A stretch of 64,000 nucleotides of DNA from an uncultured bacterium (GCA_965371515.1 CBDUYR010000004.1:1-64000), one strand, 5' to 3'. Positions 1 to 10,289 are shown, numbered from the stretch's first letter. Numbers and translations: made by a program. Notes: generated by a model from the letters alone, not told the origin.

Positions 1-88
1 CGCTCGCCGCCATCGTCATCATGTAGACGATGATGCTCGTCAGGAATATCAGTGCCGCAAGCAGGCGGCGGACAGCGTTATCGGACAT
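1..88 (-). CDS. 5' end of a second DUF2723 (GT-C) paralog, running off the window
   Basis: ATG at 88 gives MSDNAVRRLLAALIFLTSIIVYMMTMAAS, matching the N-terminus of the 164..2680 protein; nt 1-55 are identical to 2593-2647. Confidence 0.85.
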   Translation of the reverse strand, partial: MSDNAVRRLLAALIFLTSIIVYMMTMAAS

Positions 89-163
89 CGCACGATCCAG
101 TCGCAACAGGCCAAAACCCGGTCTAACCCGATAAATCTATTATAATTCCACGGGTATTGGAAG

Positions 164-2680
164 TTATTTCTGTTCGGCCGGGCTGGAAGTGTCGGGCGGC
201 TCTCCGATACCGAACTGGTCGTAGATGATCTGGTCAAAATTATCGAGGAGCTGGCGGAATTCCTTGTCCCCTGGATGCCTCTCGAGCCATGACTTGATAA
301 ACCACTTCGCCGCTTCGAGCTGGGCCGCCTTTGCGGAGACAAAGAAACCGTTAGCGTAAAGGTCCCTGTGACCCGGAGCCGCCTGTATCCCCCTGCGGAG
401 GACTTCCACCGCTTTGTCGGGCTCTTCGTTCTCCTCGTATATCCTTGCCAGGCCCAGCCAGAACTCGCCCCGGCCCGGCTCGTCCTCCAGTACCCGCTCG
501 TAATGCTCGATGCCGCGTTCGACCTGGCCCGTCCTCGCGTAATAGAGGCCGAGGACCCTGTCGGGGAAATCGAAGTCGGGCTTCAGCTGCGTCGTGAGTT
601 CAGTCCACCTCAGAGCCTCCTCGAAGTCATTCTTGAGTGCACTGAGCCTTGCCAGCTCCATTGCGGCGACCGCGAAGTTCTGGAACATGCCCTGCGTGTA
701 CTGCGACTTGAAAGTCGATTCGTCCCTCATGCCGTCAGGCCCCAGAACGCCCCTGAACTCGAATATATGCTCGAAATTGCGGCGGAGCATGAATTCGCTG
801 ACCTGGTACTGCTTCTTCCCCGTAACGAGCTTTCGGGCCATACCCTGCATCTCGAGGTAATCCGAGTAAGGCTTCCACGCCTCGTGCGGGACTGTGACGG
901 CGAAGTAGATCGGCCGCTTCCAGTTCGCCTCCTGTATGATGTGCTGTATCGCGAGGTCCTTCTTCCATGCGACCCCGCCTCCCTTCAGGGCCAAAGGCCT
1001 GAGCCTGTGGATCTCTTCGTCGGTCAGCGATATCGGCATGGCGGGCTTCCGGTCGCGCAGCTGCTTTATGTACCAGCTCGTGTTGAGCAGCTGCAGGTTG
1101 GCTATGTTGACGTCGGGTCTGAATCCCTCGACCATCTGTATGTACCACAGAGGGTATGTGTCGTTGTCCCCGTTGGTGAATATTATCGCGTCGGGCTCGA
1201 GCCCGGCTAGTATGTTGTAAGCGTAATCCCTCGGGATGTAGTCCTTCGAACGATCGTGGCTGAACCACTGGTATTTCATAGGCAGGATGGCCAGGATCAC
1301 CAGAATCACCGCCACTCCGGCGGCCCACTTCAGCGTATCCTTCCGTCTTGCCTTGACCTCGTCTATCACCAGCATAATCAGCGCCGTCGCCCCGATCCCT
1401 ATAAAAATGGAAAAGTAGTAGAACGCCTCGCCGTAAAAATAGTCCCTCTCCCTGACCTCGCTGTCGCTGAAGTTGAGGAAGACGATCAGGCCGAGCGAGT
1501 TGAGCACCAGAACGGTGAAGTTCAGGATCCACGTTTTCCTGTCCCTCAGGTAGTTCGCGGCAATCCCCCAGATCCCCAGCGTCAGGGGCAATACCACGCT
1601 GGCCACTCCCAGGTTGAAGGATCCCAGGCGCACGTCGCCGAAGAGCCTGAACTGCTCCTGGAAGTAATTCCAGAAGTGGCGTATCTGGAAGAGAGGCGAG
1701 GCCTTCCTCACGAAGACGTTTATCGGGGGATACTGCTCCCTGCGCAGGTGCGCGTACATCGCGTCCCAGTTCTGCGGATCGACCATGTCGATCGCCGGGT
1801 CGTGGAACGAGCGGATGAACATGAAGAGGTGGACGGAAATCCCGAGCACGAAGAGCAGCGATGCGGTGAGCGCGAATTTACCCGACGATCTCGAGGTCCA
1901 GATCAGCAGAACGCCGAATATCCCGAGCCCGACCAGTGTCAGTGTCGTATTGCGGTGAAGCATCATGTCGGCGAGCATCACCGCCATACCGAACGTTACC
2001 ACTAGAAATTCGAAATTGCTGAACGATTTCTTTTTGACCATCAGGATTACCAGGAAGATCCCGCCGTAGACCAGTATCGTCCCGAGATGAAAGCCTATAC
2101 CGAGCGAGAGAAGGTAGATGATGAGCAGCACGAGCCCGCGCGAGCGTCCCGGATCAGCGACATCGCCGCCGCCGGTAGAGCCGTTGTCGGGATGCGCCCT
2201 GAGCCACTTGAGGGCGAGATAGGTGCAGAGCCCCATCACGAAGGCGCTGAGCGCGTAGACCTCCGCCTCGATCGCGTTGGTCCAGTACGTGTCGCTGAAC
2301 ATCAGGAAGAGCGCCCCGATCAGCCCCCCCGCATGGACGGCGATCCTCCCTGCCGCCTTCCCGGCACTGCCGAACATGAACCGGACGACCTCGACGACGA
2401 TCAGGTAGACCATCGTGACACCGAGAGCCGCCGTGAAGGCTGAGAGGAGATTGACCCTCTGAGCCACCGACAGGGCCAGAGGCAGCATGGCAAATACCCG
2501 CCCGACGAGTACGTACATCGGCGTGCCTGGAGAATGGGGGATCCCGAGGATATGGGAAACGGCGATGAACTCACCAGCGTCCCAGAACGAGACGCTCGCC
2601 GCCATCGTCATCATGTAGACGATGATGCTCGTCAGGAATATCAGTGCGGCTGTCAGTCTCGTAATCGTCCTGTCGGACAT
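164..2680 (-). CDS. DUF2723/TMEM260-like polytopic GT-C glycosyltransferase (candidate protein O-glycosyltransferase) with C-terminal TPRs
   Basis: SFWDAGEFIA..LGIPHSPGTP, WTNAIEAEVY, REQY, RERDYFY and FTNGDNDTYPLWY motifs; many TM helices; TPR-like tail. Confidence 0.85.
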   Translation of the reverse strand: MSDRTITRLTAALIFLTSIIVYMMTMAASVSFWDAGEFIAVSHILGIPHSPGTPMYVLVGRVFAMLPLALSVAQRVNLLSAFTAALGVTMVYLIVVEVVRFMFGSAGKAAGRIAVHAGGLIGALFLMFSDTYWTNAIEAEVYALSAFVMGLCTYLALKWLRAHPDNGSTGGGDVADPGRSRGLVLLIIYLLSLGIGFHLGTILVYGGIFLVILMVKKKSFSNFEFLVVTFGMAVMLADMMLHRNTTLTLVGLGIFGVLLIWTSRSSGKFALTASLLFVLGISVHLFMFIRSFHDPAIDMVDPQNWDAMYAHLRREQYPPINVFVRKASPLFQIRHFWNYFQEQFRLFGDVRLGSFNLGVASVVLPLTLGIWGIAANYLRDRKTWILNFTVLVLNSLGLIVFLNFSDSEVRERDYFYGEAFYYFSIFIGIGATALIMLVIDEVKARRKDTLKWAAGVAVILVILAILPMKYQWFSHDRSKDYIPRDYAYNILAGLEPDAIIFTNGDNDTYPLWYIQMVEGFRPDVNIANLQLLNTSWYIKQLRDRKPAMPISLTDEEIHRLRPLALKGGGVAWKKDLAIQHIIQEANWKRPIYFAVTVPHEAWKPYSDYLEMQGMARKLVTGKKQYQVSEFMLRRNFEHIFEFRGVLGPDGMRDESTFKSQYTQGMFQNFAVAAMELARLSALKNDFEEALRWTELTTQLKPDFDFPDRVLGLYYARTGQVERGIEHYERVLEDEPGRGEFWLGLARIYEENEEPDKAVEVLRRGIQAAPGHRDLYANGFFVSAKAAQLEAAKWFIKSWLERHPGDKEFRQLLDNFDQIIYDQFGIGEPPDTSSPAEQK

Positions 2681-2714
2681 TCTCTCTACCTTTCTTCCCG
2701 TGCGGTTTTTGTAT

Positions 2715-3707
2715 TTATACTCCGGGATCCGCGTCTTTATCCATCGAAATCGTCCCGGCGATCTGACGTTTCAGGAAAAGGACCCCGCCGATCAGGCTGA
2801 CACCCACCATTACCACATACGTGATGAACTCCATCAGGAACGCCTCTTCCTCCCGGAATCCTATCCTGGCGAAGAGCAGTATACCGGCCCCTTCCCTCAG
2901 GCCGAGGCCGTTAATAGTTATCGGGAGCATCATTATCAGGCCGAGCAGGGGGACGAAGACGAAAAAGTGCAGCATATCGCGGAACTCGGGACGGATCCCG
3001 AGCGCCATCGCGACGGCCAGGTGGGTCGAGACCCTCAGTATCTGGATCGTCAGCGTCAGGGCGACCACCTTCCCGAGCAGTGCCGGAAAGCTGCGGAACG
3101 AGCTAAGATGGTTGAAGATCAGCTCGAGCCGTTCCCCTATCCCCCACAGCCTGATGCGGGAAAGCGCCTTCCTGACAGGCGTCGAGATCTTCCTGCTCAG
3201 TGTCAGGGCAAGGACAGGGACGATACACCCGGCGAACACGAGTGAATAGAGCCCAAGGTCTGCGGAGCCCCCGGAGAGAAAGAGGACAAGCGATGCGGCC
3301 AGGGCGAGAAAACACAGGCCCGTGATCCCGATGACCCTGTCGAGGAGTGTGATCGCGAACACCTTGTGCGGATCGTGGCCTGTACGGACCACGTCGTATA
3401 TCTTGTATGCGTCGCCGCCGACATTCGTCGGCAGCATGTTGTTGAAAAAGAGTCCCGTGAAGTAGAGCTTGATCGTCCTCGTGACGGGCATTCTCACCCC
3501 GCCGGCCGACAGGAGAATGTGCCACTGCATCGCGCCGAGAAGACTGCTGACCAGAAATATCGCCACTGCGACGGCGATCCAGCCCGGATCGATCTTCTCC
3601 AGATTCTCGAGCAGCCTGCCGGGAGATATCCGGTAGAGCAGTATCGCAATCAGCCCGAGGCTGACTGTGATCTTCAGCATCTGCAATCCCGCGCGCTTCC
3701 TATCCAC
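2715..3707 (-). CDS. UPF0104/lysylphosphatidylglycerol synthase TM-domain (flippase-like) membrane protein
   Basis: FFNNMLPTNVGGD, DRVIG and PITINGLGLRE motifs; polytopic. Confidence 0.8.
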   Translation of the reverse strand: MDRKRAGLQMLKITVSLGLIAILLYRISPGRLLENLEKIDPGWIAVAVAIFLVSSLLGAMQWHILLSAGGVRMPVTRTIKLYFTGLFFNNMLPTNVGGDAYKIYDVVRTGHDPHKVFAITLLDRVIGITGLCFLALAASLVLFLSGGSADLGLYSLVFAGCIVPVLALTLSRKISTPVRKALSRIRLWGIGERLELIFNHLSSFRSFPALLGKVVALTLTIQILRVSTHLAVAMALGIRPEFRDMLHFFVFVPLLGLIMMLPITINGLGLREGAGILLFARIGFREEEAFLMEFITYVVMVGVSLIGGVLFLKRQIAGTISMDKDADPGV

Positions 3708-4830
3708 TGGAGCTCCCCTCCTCCTGCTGCCCGGTCACGGCGAGCAGGAACTGCTCCGTCTCGCGCGCGCATCTCTCCCATGTAAGCTCGTCCGTCCTGT
3801 CGATCGCCGAGGCACTCATCGTATTCCAGAGCTCTCTGTCGGTGAGCAGGAGGGCCGCCTTCTCGCCAAATGCCGTCGAGTCGCCGTACGGCACGAGAAA
3901 ACCGGTACTTCCGTCAACGACCGAATCCCTCAGCCCGGGCCGGTCGCTCGCGACCACGGGGACGCCGCATGCATTCGCCTCGACAACGGTCAGCCCCCAG
4001 CCCTCCTTGGGACTCGTATTGAAGAGCACATGAGCCCTGTTGAGGATCTCGACGAGCTCGCTCCCTCCTAGATAGCCGGTGAATTCTATCGCATCCCTGA
4101 TGCTGAGTCCGGCGGCGTACTTTTCCAGCTCGGGGCGCCAGGGACCGTCACCGATTATAACGAGTCTCGCGTCGGGAATACTCTTCGTGACTGTCTCCAT
4201 CGCCTTTATCGCTATCTCGACGCTCTTGTATTTTCTCAACCTGCCCAGGTGGATTATCGTCGGGCGTTCGAAACGCTCAAGTCCGAGATCGCGGTACCTG
4301 TCGTGGTCGAGCCCGCAGAGGATTACCTCGATGCGTTCGGCGGATATGCCCCGGGCGACGAGGTCGTCGCGCGTGCTGGGGCTTATGACGATGAATCTGT
4401 TACTCTTGAAAACGGACGGAATCAGTTTCTCCGCCGTTACCACGTAGCTCCCGATCACCCAGTTGGCCTCGCGGAATACGGTGGTGCCGAACAGGTGCGG
4501 TATGACCGGAACGACGGGAACTTTCGTGTAGAGAGGCATGAAGAAAGGGAGCTTGTTTATATCCTCCAGGACGACGTCGTATCTCTCGCTCTTCAAGAGC
4601 CGCCTGGCGAAGATGGGCAGCGTAAAGTTGGCGTCGTACCAGTGGCCGCGGCGCAGGATCCGCACACCGTCGATCTCGTCCTCAGCCGCGCCGCCGGGAA
4701 ATCCCGACGATAACTGCGTCGTCTCGTGTCCCCACCGGGCGAGGTAAGAGAGGATCTCGTGAAGATGCACCTCGGCCCCTCCCGCCTCGGGATGGTGCAT
4801 GTCCCTCCAGTTCAGCGCGAGGATCTTCAT
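3700..4830 (-). CDS. Glycosyltransferase family 4
   Basis: WRDMHHPEAGGAE N-terminus; EGWGLTVVEANACG (EX7E) motif. Confidence 0.9.
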   Translation of the reverse strand: MKILALNWRDMHHPEAGGAEVHLHEILSYLARWGHETTQLSSGFPGGAAEDEIDGVRILRRGHWYDANFTLPIFARRLLKSERYDVVLEDINKLPFFMPLYTKVPVVPVIPHLFGTTVFREANWVIGSYVVTAEKLIPSVFKSNRFIVISPSTRDDLVARGISAERIEVILCGLDHDRYRDLGLERFERPTIIHLGRLRKYKSVEIAIKAMETVTKSIPDARLVIIGDGPWRPELEKYAAGLSIRDAIEFTGYLGGSELVEILNRAHVLFNTSPKEGWGLTVVEANACGVPVVASDRPGLRDSVVDGSTGFLVPYGDSTAFGEKAALLLTDRELWNTMSASAIDRTDELTWERCARETEQFLLAVTGQQEEGSSSG

Positions 4831-4840
4831 CGGGCCCGCC

Positions 4841-5608
4841 TCAGTCCTTTCTCGCTATCGTTCCTATGACTACCGTCGTGTACAGCACCGGTCTCAGCGA
4901 AAGAAGTATCGCGCGGGCTCCGGCAAATGCCTTCCTGACATATATAAAAATACGCGGATACATCGGGAGCTTTTTCCCCGTTCCCATCATCCCTTTCCTC
5001 AGGATCCTGTACCAGATCGGAGGATTGAGCCATTCGCCGTACGTCTCGACGACGGTGAACGACTGCTCGCGGAGCATCTTCTCGAGCTCGCGCGGCGAAA
5101 ACTCGGTCTCCCAGCCGGCGAACCACTTTCCCGCGGCTATCATGGCGTGCTTGAGCGCAGTGTAATAGTGCCATCTCTGAGGAACATCGACGAGTATGTC
5201 CCCTCCCCGCTTCAGGACCCTGTGATGCTCGGCCAGCATATCCCCGGGATTGCGGAAATGCTCGAGCAGCCCCTGGTGGAAGACCAGGTCGAAAGTCTCG
5301 TCCCTGAAAGGCAGCGAGAAGGCGTCGCCACAACAGAGATCGACGTCCGCTCCCTCTGGGACCTGGCTCCGCACCATCTCGAGGCTCGGCATGCTGTAGT
5401 CGAGCGATACGACCGAAGCCCCCTGTGAAGCCATGAATATCCCGTCCCTTCCGGTGCCGGCCCCGACCTCGAGGACCCTCAGCCCCTCGAGGGGCCTTAC
5501 GGCCATAAAGTGCCTGCTGACGCGGCCCTCGTTGTCATAGACCTCTTCGGCATCGCCAGAGACATTCCAGAAATCGTCCCAGTGTTTCTTTTCCGATACT
5601 CTCTTCAT
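4841..5608 (-). CDS. Class I SAM-dependent methyltransferase
   Basis: VLEVGAGTG motif I; GDAFSLPF..FDLV; RVLKRGG. Confidence 0.85.
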   Translation of the reverse strand: MKRVSEKKHWDDFWNVSGDAEEVYDNEGRVSRHFMAVRPLEGLRVLEVGAGTGRDGIFMASQGASVVSLDYSMPSLEMVRSQVPEGADVDLCCGDAFSLPFRDETFDLVFHQGLLEHFRNPGDMLAEHHRVLKRGGDILVDVPQRWHYYTALKHAMIAAGKWFAGWETEFSPRELEKMLREQSFTVVETYGEWLNPPIWYRILRKGMMGTGKKLPMYPRIFIYVRKAFAGARAILLSLRPVLYTTVVIGTIARKD

Positions 5609-5646
5609 CTATATCCTGAAGGGACTGTCTTTGCCGGCGGGAGGCG

Positions 5647-6381
5647 TCAACGTCCGCTGGAAAGACGTTCGGCGAACCATTTCGGCAGCCCGGCGTCGAC
5701 GATGTCTTTCGCCTCGGCCTCGATATCATACTCGTGTCTGTGAAGCGTGACGGTCCGCTCATCCGGGTCGAAAATCATGAAGGACGCGCGGTTATCGCCG
5801 TCCCTCGGTTGTCCGACACTGCCTGGATTAATGATATAGCGGTCTGAAGGGTCGAGGACGAAGGGTTTACCCGGCTCGAGACTCTTCGGACCGCTGATAA
5901 TAGAAGTATACACCAGAGGAACGTGTGTGTGCCCTACAAAACAGATCGAAAAATCGCACGCCTTGAAAACCTCCTCGGCATGCAGTCTAGAGAAGATGTA
6001 CGGAAATTCCTCGGGATCGACCGGCGATCCGTGCGCAGCCCTGAATTCGCCGTTCTCGATGGTCATCTTGAACTTATTCTCAAATGAATCGTTGTACTTG
6101 CCTTTCAGGGCATTGACCGTCCATTCGATCGCTGTGGAAGCCTCCCTGTGGAAGTGCTCGCGCTCGCTCAGTTCGAGGACGGCCCAGTCGTGATTCCCCA
6201 TGATGTAACTCGAGCGGGGAAGAGCGAGCAGCCTGTCGAGGCATGCGTCGGGGTGCGCGCCGTATCCCACGGCGTCACCGAGAAAGAGCAGCCTGCACGG
6301 GGACATCTCCCTGTAAACGGTCAGTACGGCATCGAGTGCCCTCACATTCCCGTGAACATCGGAGCAGACAAACAGCTTCAT
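5647..6381 (-). CDS. Calcineurin-like metallophosphoesterase
   Basis: SDVHGN, LGDAVGYG, GNHD, HGSP, GHTH and NPGSVGQPRD motifs. Confidence 0.9.
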   Translation of the reverse strand: MKLFVCSDVHGNVRALDAVLTVYREMSPCRLLFLGDAVGYGAHPDACLDRLLALPRSSYIMGNHDWAVLELSEREHFHREASTAIEWTVNALKGKYNDSFENKFKMTIENGEFRAAHGSPVDPEEFPYIFSRLHAEEVFKACDFSICFVGHTHVPLVYTSIISGPKSLEPGKPFVLDPSDRYIINPGSVGQPRDGDNRASFMIFDPDERTVTLHRHEYDIEAEAKDIVDAGLPKWFAERLSSGR

Positions 6382-6788
6382 CCGCCGCGCACCTCCCCGG
6401 TAAGCCTGTCGAGGATCCCGTTCACGAAGCCCCCGGCCTTTTCCGAGCTGAAGCGATGGGCTATCTCTATCGCCTCATCGATGATCACCCGCGCCGGCAC
6501 GTCGGGACACTCGAGAAGCTCGTAGAGAGCGATCTCCATGATGATCCTGTCGACCACCGCCACGCGCTCGAGCTTCCAGTTCTCGAGGTTGGACGAGATC
6601 ATTCCGTCGAGCCGTTCGCGCGAGCCCGAGACCCCCCTGACGAGCCTGCCGGCATACTCCGACGCCTCTTCGGACGGCCCCCTCCTCCTTATCGAATCGG
6701 CCAGGGAGTCCTCCCATTCCGCCTCACCGATCTCGGCCGCGTACAAGGTCTGGAGCGCTATCTCGCGTGCCTTTCTTCTCCTGCTCAT
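6378..6788 (-). CDS. nusB: Transcription antitermination factor NusB
   Basis: [16 protein letters not shown]...IIDEAIEIA...FVNGILD; ATG 6788 overlaps the ribH stop (ORF-track start 7028 is too far upstream). Confidence 0.93.
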   Translation of the reverse strand: MSRRRKAREIALQTLYAAEIGEAEWEDSLADSIRRRGPSEEASEYAGRLVRGVSGSRERLDGMISSNLENWKLERVAVVDRIIMEIALYELLECPDVPARVIIDEAIEIAHRFSSEKAGGFVNGILDRLTGEVRGG

Positions 6789-7255
6789 CAGCCTCCTATC
6801 TCTTTCCAGAGGCTGACCATCTCGATGGCGGAAAGCGCCGCCTGCCAGCCTTTGTTGCCGGCCTTGCTGCCCGCACGCTCGAGCGCCTGCTCCTGCGTGT
6901 CGGCCGTTATTATGCCGAAGGTGACCGGCTTGCCCGTGCCGACCCCGATTGCCGATATGTCCTTGACTACCTGGGAAGCCAGCACATCGAAGTGAGGCGT
7001 GTCTCCCCTGATCAGCGCCCCGACGCATATCACAGCATCGACCTGGGTAGCTGCGACCTGTCCGACCGCCTGCGGGATCTCGAACGATCCAGGTACCCGG
7101 TACAGTGTGATATCGTCAGCGGAGACTCCGTGGCGCTCGAGACAGTCGAGAGCGCCTCCGATGAGACTCTCGGTCACGAGTTCGTTGAACCTCCCCGCCA
7201 CGATGGCAAACTTCATCCCGGTCCCTATGAGTTTTCCTGCCTTTTCAACGGCCAT
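6788..7255 (-). CDS. ribH: 6,7-dimethyl-8-ribityllumazine synthase
   Basis: [35 protein letters not shown]. Confidence 0.96.
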   Translation of the reverse strand: MAVEKAGKLIGTGMKFAIVAGRFNELVTESLIGGALDCLERHGVSADDITLYRVPGSFEIPQAVGQVAATQVDAVICVGALIRGDTPHFDVLASQVVKDISAIGVGTGKPVTFGIITADTQEQALERAGSKAGNKGWQAALSAIEMVSLWKEIGG

Positions 7256-8534
7256 CTTTCTCTCCTTTCACATTGGAATCGCAATTGCAGCCGCAGCTCT
7301 CTTCGTCGTGATCCCCGACCTCTTCCTGCAGCTCTCCGAAGAGGTGCCCGAGCTTATCTCTCTTGGTCGAGAGGTACCTTACATTCTTTTTGTTCGGCGC
7401 GACCTCGATCGGCATCCTCTCTACGACTTCGAGTCCGTAGGCCCTCAGGCCCACTATCTTTCTCGGATTGTTCGTCAGCAGCCTGATCTTGTGCAGACCG
7501 AGATCGACAAGTATCTGGGCCCCTATTCCGTAGTCGCGCAGGTCGGCGGGGAAGCCGAGTTCCTCGTTCGCCTCGACGGTATCCCTTCCCTTGTCCTGGA
7601 GGGCGTAGGCCCTGACCTTGTTGACGAGTCCTATCCCCCGTCCCTCTTGCTGGATGTAGAGAAAGACACCCGAACCCTCCTTGCAGATCTGCTCGAGAGC
7701 CCTCGAGAGCTGATCGCCGCAATCGCACCTTCGCGATCCGAAGACGTCGCCGGTAAGGCACTGGGAATGTACGCGCACGAGGGCGCTCTTGTCCTTCCAC
7801 GGCTCCCCCTTGATCAGCGCGACGCTCTCCGAGCCGTCGACCGTCCCCTCGTATGCGATCAGCCTGAAATCACCGAACCGCGTCGGCAGATCGGCCTCCG
7901 CCTCGCGCCTGACGAGTTTCTCATTCCTGCGCCTGTACTCGATCAGGTCGAATACCGTTATTATCTTCAGGCCCCACTGCTTCGCGAAGGCGGTGAGCTC
8001 GGAAGCCCTCGCCATCGTGCCGTCCTCGGCGAGGATCTCGCAGAGTACGCCGGCCGGATTCAGCCCCGCCATCCTCGACAGATCGATCGCCGCCTCGGTA
8101 TGACCGGCCCTCCTCAGGACGCCTCCACGCACGGCACGAAGCGGGAAGATATGACCCGGGCGGGCGAGGTCCTCCGGTTTCGTTTTCTCGTCTACGAGGG
8201 CACGGATCGTCGTCGCCCTGTCGAATGCCGATATCCCCGTCGTCGTCCCTTGCACCGCGTCGACCGAGATCGTGAACGGAGTGTTCATCTTGGCCGTGTT
8301 CTCCTGTACCATCATGCCGAGCTGGAGCTCATCGAGCCTCTCTCCCGTCAGTGCAACGCAGATAAGACCCCTTGCATGCCTCGCGATGAAATTGACCACC
8401 TCTGCGTTCACCTTCTCCGCTGCCATTATGATGTCGCCCTCGTTCTCACGGGTCTCGTCGTCGATGACGACGACCATTTTCCCCGCCTTTATGTCCTCGA
8501 GGGCCTCTTTGATCGTGCTGATCTCTCCTGTCAC
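7245..8534 (-). CDS. ribBA: Bifunctional DHBP synthase / GTP cyclohydrolase II
   Basis: [42 protein letters not shown]. Confidence 0.96.
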   Translation of the reverse strand: MTGEISTIKEALEDIKAGKMVVVIDDETRENEGDIIMAAEKVNAEVVNFIARHARGLICVALTGERLDELQLGMMVQENTAKMNTPFTISVDAVQGTTTGISAFDRATTIRALVDEKTKPEDLARPGHIFPLRAVRGGVLRRAGHTEAAIDLSRMAGLNPAGVLCEILAEDGTMARASELTAFAKQWGLKIITVFDLIEYRRRNEKLVRREAEADLPTRFGDFRLIAYEGTVDGSESVALIKGEPWKDKSALVRVHSQCLTGDVFGSRRCDCGDQLSRALEQICKEGSGVFLYIQQEGRGIGLVNKVRAYALQDKGRDTVEANEELGFPADLRDYGIGAQILVDLGLHKIRLLTNNPRKIVGLRAYGLEVVERMPIEVAPNKKNVRYLSTKRDKLGHLFGELQEEVGDHDEESCGCNCDSNVKGEKDGR

Positions 8535-8560
8535 TTCACACCTCTCGTGACTCGTTTCCG

Positions 8561-9148
8561 TCAGGGCCTTCCGGGCCCGGCGAACTTCTCCACGTATTTA
8601 GCCAGAATGTCCACTTCTATGTTGACCCTGCTTCCCGGGCTGACCTTCCCGAGGGTCGTCGTCTTCCATGTATGCGGTATGATGAATACTTTGAACCTGC
8701 CTCCCGACGGATCGGGACCTGTCGTCAGGCTGACTCCGTCGACTGCGACCGATCCCTTCGGGACCATGTATCTGCCCAGCTCCCGCCCGACGTCGATCTC
8801 GATGCCGAGCGGATCCCTGATCACCCTGACAACCCTGCCGATGCCGTCGACGTGCCCGTTGACGATGTGGCCGCCGAGCCTCGCGCCCGCCTCGAGGGCC
8901 CTTTCGAGATTGACGGCTGAACCCGCCCTGAGCCTCCCCAGGTTCGTTACACGCAGGGTCTCTGGAAGGACGTCGCACGAGAAGATGTCACCCTTGAGCT
9001 CCGCCACCGTCTGGCAGGCGCCGTTGACCGATACGCTGTCTCCTATCTCGAGTCCCTCGAGGGACGAGACGATCGTGAGCCGGCCGCCCCGGGAGCTCCT
9101 CCGCATCGTGACGATCTTTCCCGTCGCCTCAATCAGTCCCGTGAACAT
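8561..9148 (-). CDS. ribE: Riboflavin synthase
   Basis: MFTGLIE N-terminus; [17 protein letters not shown]. Confidence 0.95.
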   Translation of the reverse strand: MFTGLIEATGKIVTMRRSSRGGRLTIVSSLEGLEIGDSVSVNGACQTVAELKGDIFSCDVLPETLRVTNLGRLRAGSAVNLERALEAGARLGGHIVNGHVDGIGRVVRVIRDPLGIEIDVGRELGRYMVPKGSVAVDGVSLTTGPDPSGGRFKVFIIPHTWKTTTLGKVSPGSRVNIEVDILAKYVEKFAGPGRP

Positions 9149-10289
9149 CACCCGGCTCCTTCGTGACTGCCTCGAGATATCCGGATACTTGCTTCCTGTC
9201 GTAAACGGTCATCACATCCCCGTCGATGACCTCGACGTATGATAGGCTCAGGTCCCCGCCGACAGCGGGCGGATCTCCGCCGAACGCCGGAGGCGGATCA
9301 TCCTCGTACCATCCCCTCTCACCGGCGCCGGCTATCGATGGTGCGTGGAAGAGGACGAGCCTGTCCGGGATACCGGCCTTCATCATCGATGTCGCGATAC
9401 GCGCTCCTCCCTCGACGAGTACCGATGTGATCCCCCTGTCTGAAAGATCGCGGCGCCACGCATCGAGGTCGAGACCTCCATCGCCGTGAGGCAGCCGGCT
9501 GATCTCCGCTCCGGCCCCCTCGAGTTCCTCGATCCTCGCTGCGTCCGCCTCTTCAGAACAGTAGAGTATCACACGTTCCCCCTTCTCGAGCCATGGATGA
9601 CCGGGGGAAAAGGCCAGGCCTGAATCGAAGACCATCCTCACCGGAGGATCGAGCGGCCGGGCGTAGAGACGCCTGTCGAGGGAGGGATCGTCCGCGCGAA
9701 GCGTGCCCGATCCTACTGCTATCGCCTCGAGCTTCGCCCTCAACCCGTGAACGCATTCGAGCGAACCGGCGCATGTGATAAACTTCTCGCCGGTGAGCTT
9801 GATCCTGCCGTCGAGCGTGACGGCGAGCTTGAGCAGTACGAACGGTCCGCCGGTGAGCGAACGGTGGACGTACGGCAGGTTCATCTCGAGGGCCTCTCTC
9901 GCCATGACGCCGACCTCCACCTCGATACCGTTTTCTCTCAGCCGCCGCGCTCCCTGCCCGCGGACGCGCTCGTCGGGATCGAATATACCGAAGACGACAC
10001 GTGAGATCCCCGCTTCGGCGATAGCGCCTGTGCACGGAGGCGTCCTGCCGTGATGGCAGCAGGGCTCGAGGTTCAGATAGAGATCGGCACCCCGGGCCTT
10101 CTCCCCCGCCTCGGTGATCGCTTCTATCTCGGCGTGCGGCTTCCCGGCGCCTGCGTGGAATCCCTCGCCGGCGATCTCGCCTCCGGCGACGATCACCGCG
10201 CCGACAAGCGGATTGGGAAAGGTCAGGCCTGTGCCGCGCGAGGCGAGTTCGAGCGCCCTTTCCATATAGTGCCGGTCGTCATTTATCAC
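9129..10289 (-). CDS. ribD: Bifunctional pyrimidine deaminase/reductase RibD
   Basis: PNPLVGAV, HAE, LEPCCHHGRTPPC, VLVEGG; GTG at 10289 with GGAAGG SD 9 nt upstream. Confidence 0.93.
   Translation of the reverse strand: MINDDRHYMERALELASRGTGLTFPNPLVGAVIVAGGEIAGEGFHAGAGKPHAEIEAITEAGEKARGADLYLNLEPCCHHGRTPPCTGAIAEAGISRVVFGIFDPDERVRGQGARRLRENGIEVEVGVMAREALEMNLPYVHRSLTGGPFVLLKLAVTLDGRIKLTGEKFITCAGSLECVHGLRAKLEAIAVGSGTLRADDPSLDRRLYARPLDPPVRMVFDSGLAFSPGHPWLEKGERVILYCSEEADAARIEELEGAGAEISRLPHGDGGLDLDAWRRDLSDRGITSVLVEGGARIATSMMKAGIPDRLVLFHAPSIAGAGERGWYEDDPPPAFGGDPPAVGGDLSLSYVEVIDGDVMTVYDRKQVSGYLEAVTKEPGDVHGTD

Noticed and set aside
6999..9242. 747-aa plus-strand ORF (similar: 10050..11528, 13968..16259, 62478..63818)
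   Set aside because: Antisense shadows of well-supported genes in GC-rich DNA; no recognisable motifs
9254..9300. Imperfect duplication in ribD (PPAFGGD/PPAVGGD)
   Set aside because: Short in-frame loop duplication with no sign of function
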